Shown piece by piece: positions 50,530 through 62,788 of a DNA stretch of 64,000 bases. Under the pieces are notes generated by a model that had not been told where the DNA came from, searched no databases, and saw only the letters and a list, made by a program, of their open reading frames with translations. Numbering within the stretch: the first letter of the stretch is position 1; every line of letters begins with the position of its first letter. Both the position numbers and the translations under genes were made by a program. The stretch lies in the NCBI GenBank assembly GCA_963740315.1, contig CAVUDP010000002.1:256001-320000 (forward strand). The letters run 5' to 3'. Source of the DNA: an uncultured cyanobacterium (lineage in GTDB: Bacteria > Cyanobacteriota > Cyanobacteriia > Cyanobacteriales > Nostocaceae).

Positions 50530-52209
50530 TTACTTTAAAGCACCTAAAACTGGCGCAATTTCTGCTTCTACATTTGGTGTCAAAAGTCCTTTTGCATAAA
50601 CACCGGGATTAGTTTGGGCAATTTGAGTATAAGACTCTCGCACGTGAGCATTTACCGCTACTGTCTTCACGTCGTATATCTGCATTGCAACTTTGGGATA
50701 AAACCCGATTCCGACGATTACTATTAGGAAACAAGCTGCAATAAATACTTCACGGGGGCTGGCATCTCTGTAAACCGACTCACCTGGTAAAAGGCAATCG
50801 GTACCGAAACAAGCCGTACCTTCTGCTTCTAAATTCTCAAATCTAGAGTTACCAATATCGCAGACAACTTTACCTTCGCCGTAAAATACCTGTTTCAACA
50901 AGTCAAGTAGATAAATCGGAGTCAGAATAATTCCTACTGAAGCGAGGAAAACCGTTACGGTACAAAAGGTTGAACTGTAAATATCGCTTGTAGTGACACC
51001 AACTAATACTGAAAGTTCGCTGATAAAGCCGCTCATACCCGGAAGCGCTAGGGAAGCCATTGCAGCTATGGTACACAAAGCGAAAACTTTCGGCATTGCT
51101 TGCCCGACACCGCCCATCTCATCCATTTTCATTGTTTGGGTGCGATCGTATGTCACCCCAGCCAAGAAGAATAATACCGATGCAATTAAACCGTGGGAAA
51201 TCATTTGCAACATTGCACCGTTGACTCCCAAGTCGGTGAAGGAAGCGATACCCAGCAGCACAAATCCCATGTGAGAAACTGAGGAGTAAGCCAAACGTCG
51301 CTTCATATGAGTTTGAGCAAAGGAATTTAAAGCACCGTAAATAATGTTAATTACCCCAAGGGTTGCTAAAACTGGTGCAAAATAAATGTGTGCGTCGGTA
51401 AGTAATTCTAAATTCAGCCTAATTAAGCCGTATCCACCCATTTTGAGCAATACACCCGCCAAAATCATCGATACGGGAGCGGAAGCTTCGCCGTGTGCGT
51501 CTGGCAGCCAAGTATGTAAGGGGAAAATAGCTAATTTTACGCCGAATGCAATTAATAATCCCGCATACAGCAACAACTCAAAACCCAGTGAATAATCTTT
51601 CGTTGCCAAAGTTGCGATATCAAAAGTTACATTTTCGCCGCCGTATAAAGCCATTGCGATCGCGGCGACTAAAATAAATATCGAAGCGGCTGCGGTGTAG
51701 AGTATGAACTTAGTTGCTGCATAACGTCGCTTTTTACCGCCCCAAATGTTAATCAGTAAATATACGGGAACAAGTTCGACTTCCCACATAATAAAGAACA
51801 ACATTAAATCTTGGGCAACAAACACCCCAACCTGTGCCGAATACAGCACCAACATGAGAAAATAAAATAAACGCGGTCTGCGATCGACTTGCCAAGCCGA
51901 AAACATCGCCAGCGTCGTCACAAAACCCGCCAAAAGTACTAAAGGAACAGACAAACCATCGACAGAGACAGCCCAGTTAAAACCCAACTGAGGTACCCAA
52001 GCATAACTTTCCGCAAGCTGAAAACTTGCATTGCTTGCGTCGTAATGCCGCCAAAAGGTAAAACACATCAACAAAAAGTCTGCCATACCCACACCAACGG
52101 CATACCAGCGGATGAATTTACCATCTTTATCTGGCAATACAGGGATGAGAAAGGAAGCGAAGAGTGGAAATAATATTATTGCGGTAAGCCAAGGAAAATG
52201 TTCCGCCAT
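50530..52209 (-). CDS. ndhD2: NDH-1 subunit D2
   Basis: NuoM motifs ([20 protein letters not shown]) plus the Cys-containing insert GTACFGTDC. Confidence 0.85.
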   Translation of the reverse strand: MAEHFPWLTAIILFPLFASFLIPVLPDKDGKFIRWYAVGVGMADFLLMCFTFWRHYDASNASFQLAESYAWVPQLGFNWAVSVDGLSVPLVLLAGFVTTLAMFSAWQVDRRPRLFYFLMLVLYSAQVGVFVAQDLMLFFIMWEVELVPVYLLINIWGGKKRRYAATKFILYTAAASIFILVAAIAMALYGGENVTFDIATLATKDYSLGFELLLYAGLLIAFGVKLAIFPLHTWLPDAHGEASAPVSMILAGVLLKMGGYGLIRLNLELLTDAHIYFAPVLATLGVINIIYGALNSFAQTHMKRRLAYSSVSHMGFVLLGIASFTDLGVNGAMLQMISHGLIASVLFFLAGVTYDRTQTMKMDEMGGVGQAMPKVFALCTIAAMASLALPGMSGFISELSVLVGVTTSDIYSSTFCTVTVFLASVGIILTPIYLLDLLKQVFYGEGKVVCDIGNSRFENLEAEGTACFGTDCLLPGESVYRDASPREVFIAACFLIVIVGIGFYPKVAMQIYDVKTVAVNAHVRESYTQIAQTNPGVYAKGLLTPNVEAEIAPVLGALK

Positions 52210-52415
52210 GATGTCAATAAGAAAAAATACTCATTTTATTATTAGTGTCATTTTACTAAACTTTGTAACATTTCTTTAATAAAGTTTTGTAGAGGGTAAT
52301 CATAGAGAGATTGAAGATGGAAGAAAAAAGACTTTTAATAATCTGCTTCATTTTTCTTCATAATTTGACACAATAGAGATATCACTTATCCTTATATAAA
52401 TCAACTTCAATTCTT

Positions 52416-52895
52416 ATGTCTTCCTCAAGTACCGCGATCGCCAATTCCAACGCAACCCTTAACCAACCTTGGGAAATTAAACTACTTTACGACGGTGAAT
52501 GTCCCTTATGTTTGCGCGAAGTTAACTTTTTACAAAAGCGCGACGCTGGTAGAGGTAAAGTTGCATTTGTAGATATCGCAGCGGATGATTACAGCCCAGA
52601 AGAAAATGGTGGAATTGATTTTGAAACGGCGATGGGACGAATTCACGGAGTTTTACCCGACGGTACGGTAATTAAAAACGTCGAAGTTTTCCGTAGGGTT
52701 TATGAAGCCTTGGGGATGGGTTGGGTTTATGCGATAACCAAGTTACCGATTTTGGGGGCTTTAGCTAACTTTATTTACGGTATTTGGGCGGATTTGCGTT
52801 TGCGTTTGACAGGAAGACCTAATTTAGAAACCGTTATTAAACAGCGTCGGGAAAGACTTGGTTGTGATGAAGAAGGGCGTTGTCGGGTGGATTAG
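52416..52895 (+). CDS. DCC family thiol-disulfide oxidoreductase (DUF393)
   Basis: LLYDGECPLCLREV. Confidence 0.9.
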   Translation: MSSSSTAIANSNATLNQPWEIKLLYDGECPLCLREVNFLQKRDAGRGKVAFVDIAADDYSPEENGGIDFETAMGRIHGVLPDGTVIKNVEVFRRVYEALGMGWVYAITKLPILGALANFIYGIWADLRLRLTGRPNLETVIKQRRERLGCDEEGRCRVD

Positions 52896-52914
52896 CAATA
52901 AGTTCGCAAATTGG

Positions 52915-53090
52915 TAAGTGGGTGTGCAAAATTATTTGTGTCATTGCGTTAGCGCAGCGTGTCCGATAGGACATGCGACAGCGAAGCAATCTCAAAGTCT
53001 TGCGATGAACCGCAGTTTCCGCTGAATGCTTCGTTTCACTTCGTTCCACTCGCAATGACAAATGCACAATTAATTTTGCCTAAGTACTTA
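52915..53090. mobile_element. MITE-like element
   Basis: Imperfect TIR TAAGT...GCAAAATTA(T/A)TTGTG; inner TGTCATTGCG/CGCAATGACA, one arm shared with 25813-25941. Confidence 0.6.
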
Positions 53091-53220
53091 GTAGCAATAC
53101 CCTCGAAGGGTATCGCTACAGGAACGAAGCCCACCGTAAGGTGGGCTAATGAAGAATTTTCAGCCCACCTTACGGTGGGCTTTGTAATTGTAGCCCCAGG
53201 CTTCGAGCCTGCGGGCGTTT
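53091..53220. repeat. Cluster of REP-like palindromes
   Basis: GTAGCAATACCCTCGAAGGGTATCGCTAC; AGCCCACCGTAAGGTGGGCT / AGCCCACCTTACGGTGGGCT. Confidence 0.7.
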
Positions 53221-53244
53221 TTGTTTGCGGGCTTATTGGGAAGG

Positions 53245-54393
53245 CTAAGCTCGGTAAGCATGAAGAGACTTGAAATTATTGCTAATTACTGAACTCATTA
53301 TCTTCATAAAAGTGTTGCGAAGTCCTACAGTCAAAGGATTTTTCAATTCGCCCATCTTACCAGATTGCAATGACTGCTCAACGATCGCCTTAGTACGAGG
53401 AAATCTTAGAGATTCATAGCGTTGAAAAGCAGCAATTGGATCGGATTGTTCTTGCAGACATTTGGCAACTACATAAGCATCTTCCAAGGCTGTACAAGCA
53501 CCCTGTCCCATCGTGGGTAGCATGGGGTGGGCAGCATCACCGAGTAGCGTAATATTCTGCTGACTCCAAGGCTGTTGCGGAGGGCGATCGTATAAATCGG
53601 TGGTCAAAATATTAGCTTCATCCGTAGCAGCGATTAACTCAGGAATAACTGAAAACCAATCCTGATACATCGTTTCAAGCTCTTTTTTACGACCAGTTGC
53701 AGCATCCGGTTGTGCTTCTGATGCAGTAGCTGCGGCATACCAATACATCTTTCCCTTGCCAAGCATCATGAAACCGAATCCTTTACCACATCCTAAAAAT
53801 TCCTGAATGTAACCAGGACGATATTTATTCGGAACATAATCGGTTAAACCGCGCCAAGTCTTAAAATTCCGGTAAATAGGAGGTTCATTGCTGAGAATTA
53901 CCGCTCGTACTCGCGATCGCAATCCATCTGCGCCGATTAAGGCATCTCCTTCAACCCTCAAACCTGAAGCAAAATAGGCATGAACTTGATTATTATTACG
54001 CTCAAATCCCTCGAAAGTCTCTCCTAAAATAAATTTCTCACTTGGCATATTACGCCACAATAGCTGATGCAATTCGGCTCTGGCAATACCAATAACAGGT
54101 AATTCAGAGCCATCAACAGACACATTCACCAACTTCTTACCACGTTGCGAATTGAATTGGTAATTCGTCGTCAGACAGCCAACTTGCATAGCTTCTTTCA
54201 ATAAGCCTAGATTCTTCAAAATATGTGTTGCATTTGCCCAAAGTGCAATTCCAGCCCCTACTTCTCTTAACTCTTTAATTCTCTCGTAAACCACTGGTTC
54301 AACACAACCAGTACGACTTAAAGCAAGCGCGGTTGCAGCACCGCCAATTCCCCCTCCGATGACAATAATTTTCATAGTTCGCAGTATCGACAA
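53245..54393 (-). CDS. FAD-dependent monooxygenase
   Basis: IGGGIGG, GADGLRSRVR, LLGDAAHPM.PTMGQGAC.ALED; probable ATG at 54375. Confidence 0.92.
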   Translation of the reverse strand: MSILRTMKIIVIGGGIGGAATALALSRTGCVEPVVYERIKELREVGAGIALWANATHILKNLGLLKEAMQVGCLTTNYQFNSQRGKKLVNVSVDGSELPVIGIARAELHQLLWRNMPSEKFILGETFEGFERNNNQVHAYFASGLRVEGDALIGADGLRSRVRAVILSNEPPIYRNFKTWRGLTDYVPNKYRPGYIQEFLGCGKGFGFMMLGKGKMYWYAAATASEAQPDAATGRKKELETMYQDWFSVIPELIAATDEANILTTDLYDRPPQQPWSQQNITLLGDAAHPMLPTMGQGACTALEDAYVVAKCLQEQSDPIAAFQRYESLRFPRTKAIVEQSLQSGKMGELKNPLTVGLRNTFMKIMSSVISNNFKSLHAYRA

Positions 54394-54439
54394 ACTTGTC
54401 AGTTGATTATTCTTTTGTAACAGGTTTTTTCTGTTTTTG

Positions 54440-54459
54440 TCAACTGACTATTCAGTCGA
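54440..54459. promoter_or_regulatory. Candidate TetR operator
   Basis: TCAACTGA-CTAT-TCAGTCGA palindrome just upstream of TATAAT (54467-54472), between divergent genes. Confidence 0.55.
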
Positions 54460-54486
54460 TTAAAGGTATAATGATTTGTAGCTTTT

Positions 54487-55164
54487 TTGAAGTCTAGAAC
54501 CACCGTGGCACGTACAAAAGCTGAAAAAGTCAAGAATAGCAAACCCGTTCGAGATGCAGAAGCAACCCAAGCTGTGATTTTGTCAGCAGCAGAAGAAGAA
54601 TTTGCTCAACATGGTTTTACGGCTGCTCGAACAGAAGCGATCGCAGCTAAAACAGGTGTAGCCAAGTCGATGATTTATTACTATTTCAAAGATAAAGAAG
54701 GTTTATATCAAGAAGTATTAAAGCGATCGCACGCGGATTTGTTACAAACAGTCGAGAAGTTAAATTTAGAGCATTTATCTCCTGATGTCGCTTTAGAAAA
54801 ATTCCTTAAAGCATTGCTTGATTGTGTCTCACGTAATCCAAAACTGCCAACTATCATGTTCCACGAAGCAGTGCAAAACCAAGGAAAGTACTACAAAAAT
54901 AGTAGTTCGGTAAGTATTGATACTACTTTGGTCAAGATTTTAGAAAAAGGCGTGACTGCGGGGGTATTTCGTCAGCTAGATCCGTTTCATTCGGCAATTA
55001 ATATTATGGGAACTTGCCTGTTTTATTTCATTGGTGCAGGCAATATTCAGCAGGTTTCCCAGGGGAAGCGGCTTTTAAGCAAAGCGATGTTAAAACAACA
55101 TACTCAAGAAGCGATCGCGTTAATCTTAGCGGGCTTGAAACCAACTGCCGCAGAACTGCATTAG
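54487..55164 (+). CDS. TetR/AcrR family regulator
   Basis: ILSAAEEEFAQHGF..ART.AIA..GVAKSMIYYYFKDKEGLY. Confidence 0.93.
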   Translation: MKSRTTVARTKAEKVKNSKPVRDAEATQAVILSAAEEEFAQHGFTAARTEAIAAKTGVAKSMIYYYFKDKEGLYQEVLKRSHADLLQTVEKLNLEHLSPDVALEKFLKALLDCVSRNPKLPTIMFHEAVQNQGKYYKNSSSVSIDTTLVKILEKGVTAGVFRQLDPFHSAINIMGTCLFYFIGAGNIQQVSQGKRLLSKAMLKQHTQEAIALILAGLKPTAAELH

Positions 55165-55343
55165 AAATAATTCTTTAATATTATCCCAATCATCCCCAGA
55201 CGCGATCGCTGTTAAAAGATAGAGCAAAAAATGACCCCGATGAGCAATTACGGAAATGGGCTAAGAAAATTATTGATTCCAACCATCATTAACTAAGTTT
55301 TAATATAGATATAATCCAATATTCCATTACTACCGCAGAAGCT

Positions 55344-55658
55344 ATGACTGAAAATTCTACTCGTACCGTTCGTAGAGGACGCATTTTTCCCGAAATCCAG
55401 TGGACGGAAGAACAAAAAGCGCAATGGAAAACGGAACAAGATGAATTTTACCAGCGCTGCAAACCGATTTTTGATAAAGTTCAACCCGAACTAATTAAAA
55501 CTCACTATAACTGGTACATGGCAGTCGAACCAGAAAGTAGTGAATATTTTGTTAATAAAGATGAAATGAATGCTATCAAAATGTCCCGCGAAAAATACCC
55601 GAAATCTCCAGTTTTTGTATTTAAAATTAACGAGACTGGAGTTGCAGGGACATTGTAG
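55344..55658 (+). CDS. Conserved hypothetical protein (possibly DUF5678-like)
   Basis: RRGRIFPE, HYNWYMAVEP.S.EYF, FKINETG. Confidence 0.65.
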   Translation: MTENSTRTVRRGRIFPEIQWTEEQKAQWKTEQDEFYQRCKPIFDKVQPELIKTHYNWYMAVEPESSEYFVNKDEMNAIKMSREKYPKSPVFVFKINETGVAGTL

Positions 55659-55708
55659 TGCGAGCATCTTGCTCGCTATATATGGCTTAATAATATAATT
55701 ACTCATTC

Positions 55709-55969
55709 TCATCTCTCGCGAGCTTTTTGAAATCTTTCTAATATTTGATTCACTACAGTTTCACCATCCAAACCTTCTCCACGTTCAAGCTCTGCAATAG
55801 CAACATCAACTTTTTGACGAGTTTCTTCTATCCACTGAGCATATTCAACATTTAACTTTTCTAACAATTGAAATGCGATATCAGCTACTTCTTCAGGATT
55901 GTTATATCTACCTGTAGCTATTTGTGCTTGAATAAACTTTTCATGTTCTGGTTTGATTTGGATATGCAT
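55709..55969 (-). CDS. ParD-like ribbon-helix-helix antitoxin
   Basis: M.I.IKPEHEKFI..QIATGRY....EV, RQKVDVAIAELERGEGLDGE. Confidence 0.8.
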   Translation of the reverse strand: MHIQIKPEHEKFIQAQIATGRYNNPEEVADIAFQLLEKLNVEYAQWIEETRQKVDVAIAELERGEGLDGETVVNQILERFQKARER

Positions 55970-56002
55970 TGGTTATCTCTCCTAATTAATAAAACCATAT
56001 TT

Positions 56003-56480
56003 TGTAGGGTGTGTGAGGCTTACGAAAAATATTGTACGTAGCGAGCAATAAGATTTATAGCGTCACGCACTATTTTTTATTTTAACAATCCCGTAATTTT
56101 ATTAAAGGATATATGGTGCGTTAGACGAATTCGTTCATTTATCGATTATTTGTGTATATAGTCGTGCGTCTAACACACCCTACAAATTACAAACGAAAAT
56201 ATTTATTATGATGTCACGCACTATTTCTTGTATTTCAACAATCTCGCTATTCTATTAAATAGATGGTGCGTTAGACGAATTCGTTCATTTATCGATTATT
56301 TGTGTATATAGTCGTGCGTCTAACACACCCTACAAATTGAAATATTTATTATGATGTCACGCACCATTTCTTGTATTTTAACAATCCCGTTATTCCATTA
56401 AATATATGGTGCGTTAGACGAATTCGTTCATTTATCGGTTATTTGTGTATGTAGTCGTGCGTCTAACACACCCTACAAAT
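56003..56480. repeat. Tandem array of REP-doublet units (3 x about 143-150 bp plus a reverse leading unit)
   Basis: ATGGTGCGTTAGACG...CGTCTAACACACCCTAC at 56113, 56263 and 56406. Confidence 0.88.
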
Positions 56481-56635
56481 ATTAATCTTTCTCTTTCTCT
56501 CCACCTCTTCCCTCTGCGCTCTCCGCGTCTCTGCGGTTCAATCCTTCCTAAAATCTTGACAATCACCGACAAATTTAGTACAAATGCACTAAATACTTCT
56601 ATTAAAACTCAATATTCTTAAATTAGGAGGAGTAA

Positions 56636-58684
<2,049 letters not shown>

Positions 58685-58700
58685 ACAAATTACCTAATAG

Positions 58701-58954
58701 TCGATCGCATTAATTTTAAAAGGTTTGTAGTAAGGACTTTAGTCCTAAATCCGATCGCATTAATTTTAAGAGGTTTGTAGTAAGGACTTTAGTCCTAAAT
58801 CCGATCGCATTAATTTTAAGAGGTTTGTAGTAAGGACTTTAGTCCTAAATCCGATCGCATTAATTTTAAAAGGTTTGTAGTAAGGACTTTAGTCCTAAAT
58901 CAGAGGGCTGAAGCCCTTACTACGAACCAGAGGGCTGAAGCCCTTACTACGAAC
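58701..58954. repeat. Tandem REP arms, 4 x 50 bp plus 2 x 27 bp
   Basis: (YCGATCGCATTAATTTTAARAGGTTTGTAGTAAGGACTTTAGTCCTAAAT)x4 then (CAGAGGGCTGAAGCCCTTACTACGAAC)x2. Confidence 0.95.
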
Positions 58955-58986
58955 CGGGTTTCTCAACAGTCTCGATCGAGTTATTG

Positions 58987-59520
58987 TTATTGATTTTCTG
59001 CGATATCGATGCTGAATCTGTCTCCAGTTTCTGCATCCACTACCATTAAAATTTTGGCTTTTTTAAACTTTTCTACACGTGGTGAATTTTCATCGCGGAC
59101 TCGTTGTGGTACATTAATTCCGTTTGGTGCGTCAATTTCAATTAACCAGACACGACGGTTGGGGTGTACTTGAGCGTTTTCGATGCTATCCCCGCCAAGG
59201 TTACTTTTAAATTTGATGTAATCGGCGTAAGTTACAAGCCGTGCATTTTTTAGATTCAAGCCTTCTCTTAATTGTCCGATTGCACGTTCTTTTTTAATCA
59301 ACTGAACAACTGGTATAAGACTGTTATCTGGGTAAAGATATTCTGTCTGCGTTGTTGGTGAAGGTGGCTCAGGAACAATCGGCTTTATCAATTCAGGAGG
59401 TCTTCTCAATCCAGGAGGACTACTATTATCTGGGTTATCTACTGAGTTTTGCGCTAATAATGATGTTGTTGGAATTATGATACCAATTGCCAAAATACCT
59501 AAAAATAAAAACTTTTTCAT
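58987..59520 (-). CDS. Hypothetical exported protein
   Basis: Signal peptide MKKFLFLGILAIGIIIPTTSLLA from ATG 59520; PepSY-like ending VVDAETG. Confidence 0.65.
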   Translation of the reverse strand: MKKFLFLGILAIGIIIPTTSLLAQNSVDNPDNSSPPGLRRPPELIKPIVPEPPSPTTQTEYLYPDNSLIPVVQLIKKERAIGQLREGLNLKNARLVTYADYIKFKSNLGGDSIENAQVHPNRRVWLIEIDAPNGINVPQRVRDENSPRVEKFKKAKILMVVDAETGDRFSIDIAENQ

Positions 59521-60038
59521 TTGTTTGTTGTGTTGATTACAATTTATTAAGGACGTAAGAATTGAATAATAGTTTGCGAAGTCAATTCGCCAATCCAAGA
59601 AGTTTGCAAAACTATTTACACCTGTTTGAATTTTATTAACGACATTTTTAATGTAGAGAACTCCGCACTGCTACGTCTCCAGAGATTTTATTGGTATTAC
59701 AAATCTATTTACAATTACATCCCACTCAGGACTTACGATATTTTCACAAATGGTTGATGGTGCGTGACGCTACAAACCTTATTGCTACGTTCAAACGAGA
59801 TAAATGCGTCACACACCCTACAAGAAAAATGTGCCAGTTGCGGCTATTCCTACCACTGCATAAGTGGATAGGCACAAACCCTATAAAACTTTGTAGTTCA
59901 AGCATCTACCCAGTAGTTTCACTTAAAAATCTAAATTATTTTCGCAAATCTTTCCGAAACCAGGATTTATACGGTGAAGCTTAAATTACAAAACTTTTTT
60001 AATTATCGTACCTATCTAAGGAGTGAAAAAATAAAACT

Positions 60039-60368
60039 ATGACTGCTTTCAACAATCCACAAGAACAAAACCACCAACAATCCAAAGCTACTAATAAAGA
60101 AAGAAAAAGCTTATTTGGAAGTAAAACTTTTTGGGGTATTCTTTTCACGTCAATGGCAGCGATCGCCCCTATCGTAGGAGAAGATGTCGATAAAGCCTTA
60201 AAAGGAGAACCTGTAAACTACGGTGAAGATGTGGCTCAAGTAGTAGTAATTGCGTGCGGTGCAGCAGCATCAATTGTCGGTAGAGTCGAAGCAAAATCAC
60301 CTATTTATACTCCTAAATGGATGCCGGGACCAAATGAAACGGATTCTGACTCGGAGCAAATTAGTTAA
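60039..60368 (+). CDS. Small two-TM hypothetical protein (weakly holin-like)
   Basis: SKTFWG...IVGRVEA; AAGGAG upstream. Confidence 0.6.
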   Translation: MTAFNNPQEQNHQQSKATNKERKSLFGSKTFWGILFTSMAAIAPIVGEDVDKALKGEPVNYGEDVAQVVVIACGAAASIVGRVEAKSPIYTPKWMPGPNETDSDSEQIS

Positions 60369-60459
60369 TTTATGAGGAATAAAATCGCGGTTAATTTTAA
60401 TTTCGATCGGGTTGCATCTTAAATATTAGAATAAGAAGGGCTAAAGCCCCTACTACGAA

Positions 60460-61818
60460 CTAATTACTAACTACTTCAGCATTATCCATAGCTTTAGCAC
60501 CACGAGTTTTTTGATTCCACAAATAAGCGCCAATTCCGACAATTAAATTAGAAATACAAGCCGCAGCAAATATTCCGTTAACTCCGTAAAGTTTTCCTGC
60601 AAAATACGCTAAGGGAATATAAAGTACGAACATCCGCGCTACTGTCATCACCACGGAAGGAATCGGTTTACCCAAAGCGTTAAAAGCGGAACTTGCTACA
60701 TAAATAATTCCTGCGCTGGCATAGCTAATTGGTACGATCCATAGATATTGAGAAGCAATTGCAACAATATCGGGATTGGGATTAAAGAAAGCAACCAAAG
60801 TCGGCGCGGCTACTGCTAAAACTGCTGCTGCCATCAAACCCCATAACAAACAAAATAGAAAACTTAACTGCAAAGCTTTACCAACTCTTGCATACTTCTT
60901 CGCACCCCAATTTTGACCGACGAAAGGCGCAATAGAAGCGGATAATGCCATCACAGCAATTAATGCAAAGGATTCGATCCGGGATGCAACACCAAAAGCG
61001 GCAACAGCTTCAGCACCGAAACCAGCCAAAAGACTTGTAATTACACCAATTGAAATCGGATTAATCATACTGCTAGCAGCAGCAGGCAAACCCACATACA
61101 AAATATCTTTCCAGCACCACAGCGTATCTTGAAGAGATGGCAGCTTTAAATACAGCATTTTTTCTTTGAAGTGCAGTACAAATAAAGCAGCAATTAAAGT
61201 AATTCCTCTGGAAATTACCGTTGCCAAAGCCGCACCTTGCAATTCCATACGAGGAAAACCGCCTATTCCCAAAATTAACAAAGGATCTAAAGCAATATTT
61301 ACAGCGGCTGCAAATATCATAATTAAACTAGGTGTAAGCGTATTACCAGAAGCGCGAATTGCACTATTACCCACCATCGGCACTACCAGAAACACCATAC
61401 CAAAGTACCAAATCTGCATATAGTCTCGCACCAACGGCAGTATATCGGCACTCGCACCCAAAGCGGTAAATAAGGGATCGATCGTTAATAAACCTATAAT
61501 CACAAAAATTGCAACCGCAGTTACCGCCAAAGTCAGACTATTAGTAGTGAACTTTTTCACGCGCTGGCGATCGCCTTCTCCAATCGCGCGAGAAATCACC
61601 GAAGAAGCACCCACACCCAAGCCCATCGACAAACTACCCAGAGTCATCACCACCGGAAACGTAAAACTCATCGCCGCCAAAGGTTCCGTTCCCAACTGCC
61701 CCACAAAGTAAGTATCTACCAAATTGAAAGCAATAATCGCAAATACACCCCATATCATCGGTATGGTCAGTTTTACCAACGTAGAGCCGACATTGCCTTC
61801 AGTTAATCGTAGTTTCAT
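60460..61818 (-). CDS. MATE family efflux transporter
   Basis: NLVDTYFVGQLG..PLAA, NIALDPLLI.G, GAALAT, VGQNWGAK. Confidence 0.93.
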   Translation of the reverse strand: MKLRLTEGNVGSTLVKLTIPMIWGVFAIIAFNLVDTYFVGQLGTEPLAAMSFTFPVVMTLGSLSMGLGVGASSVISRAIGEGDRQRVKKFTTNSLTLAVTAVAIFVIIGLLTIDPLFTALGASADILPLVRDYMQIWYFGMVFLVVPMVGNSAIRASGNTLTPSLIMIFAAAVNIALDPLLILGIGGFPRMELQGAALATVISRGITLIAALFVLHFKEKMLYLKLPSLQDTLWCWKDILYVGLPAAASSMINPISIGVITSLLAGFGAEAVAAFGVASRIESFALIAVMALSASIAPFVGQNWGAKKYARVGKALQLSFLFCLLWGLMAAAVLAVAAPTLVAFFNPNPDIVAIASQYLWIVPISYASAGIIYVASSAFNALGKPIPSVVMTVARMFVLYIPLAYFAGKLYGVNGIFAAACISNLIVGIGAYLWNQKTRGAKAMDNAEVVSN

Positions 61819-61824
61819 AAATAA

Positions 61825-62025
61825 ATTTTAGTGGTTAGTTGATAGTAGTTAGTTGATAGTTGATAGTTGCTGGGGATTGGGCATTGGGCATTGGGATTAA
61901 AAATTATTTCTCCTTGTCTCCTTGTCTCCTTGTCTCCTTGTCTCCTTGTCTCCTTGTCTCCTTGTCCCCTTGTCTCCCCCTCTACCCCCTCTCCCCATCC
62001 CCCCATCCCCCCATCCCCCTCTCAT
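61825..62025. repeat. STRR-type tandem repeats (TAGTTGA, TTGGGCA, CCTTGTCT, CCCCCAT)
   Basis: Directly visible. Confidence 0.88.
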
Positions 62026-62042
62026 TCACAATTTAAAAAAGC

Positions 62043-62612
62043 ATGAAAATATTCCTTATAGCCTTTGGCTGGGCTGTTGCTCTTAGTATTGGTACTTTTT
62101 TTCTGTTTTTATCGAATCTGTCATACCAACTCAACCCTTTAGATGTTATGTCAGAGTTTACCCGCTATGGTGCGACTATTGGTTCTATCGGAGGATTGAC
62201 AATCGGTATAGTCTTGATGTGGACTAATTCAATTAAGCCATCTCATGTTGCTCTTCTAACATTTATTTGGGGAGCCAGTTTCTTGATTGGTTTAATTATA
62301 GGTTGGCAAGTATTTCTGCTTGATGCTTCAAGTCCAATTTTCAGCAAAGGTATGATTGTTGGCATGACTATAGGCGGTTGTCTTGGTGGGTTTTTTACGG
62401 CTTTACTATTAAGACATCATCAACTGTTAAATAACTGGACTAATATTTTCCTTATCACCGTTGGTTGGTTTCTAGCTTTATTTAACGGTAGTTCTTTTAT
62501 CTTCGGCTTCAACTTTGTAGCTGTTCCCATAGGATTTACCTTTGCTCTTATTGTTAGCGGAATGATTATCGGTATAGTTGGCGGTAGCATTATGTTTTGG
62601 CAAATGAGGTGA
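62043..62612 (+). CDS. Hypothetical Gly-rich membrane protein
   Basis: About six TM segments with GxxxG patterns. Confidence 0.7.
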   Translation: MKIFLIAFGWAVALSIGTFFLFLSNLSYQLNPLDVMSEFTRYGATIGSIGGLTIGIVLMWTNSIKPSHVALLTFIWGASFLIGLIIGWQVFLLDASSPIFSKGMIVGMTIGGCLGGFFTALLLRHHQLLNNWTNIFLITVGWFLALFNGSSFIFGFNFVAVPIGFTFALIVSGMIIGIVGGSIMFWQMR

Positions 62613-62788
62613 ATCAGTAATCAGTTACCAGTAATCAGTTACCAGTTACCACTAATCAGTTACCAGTTACCACTAATCAGTCAGGAGTAATTAAGGTTAA
62701 AATTCTCCCTATCCCCCCATCTCCCCATCTCCCCATCCCCCCCTCTACCCCCTCTTGCCATCATGTAGTATGCTTGTAGTGCTAACAG

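Noticed and set aside
52837..53273. ORFs 52837-53067 and 52959-53273
   Set aside because: They run across MITE/REP palindromes and have no protein-like features.
56100..56480. Possible CRISPR or ncRNA array
   Set aside because: Inter-repeat segments are also near-identical, and the unit matches dispersed REP doublets elsewhere in the window.
58701..58900. Possible CRISPR array
   Set aside because: Units are contiguous and nearly identical, with no unique spacers and no cas genes; it is an amplified REP arm.
59691..59984. 97-aa + strand ORF
   Set aside because: TTG start, spans a REP doublet, not protein-like.
61815..62006. 63-aa ORF with RQGDKET repeats
   Set aside because: Translation of the CCTTGTCT octamer repeat.
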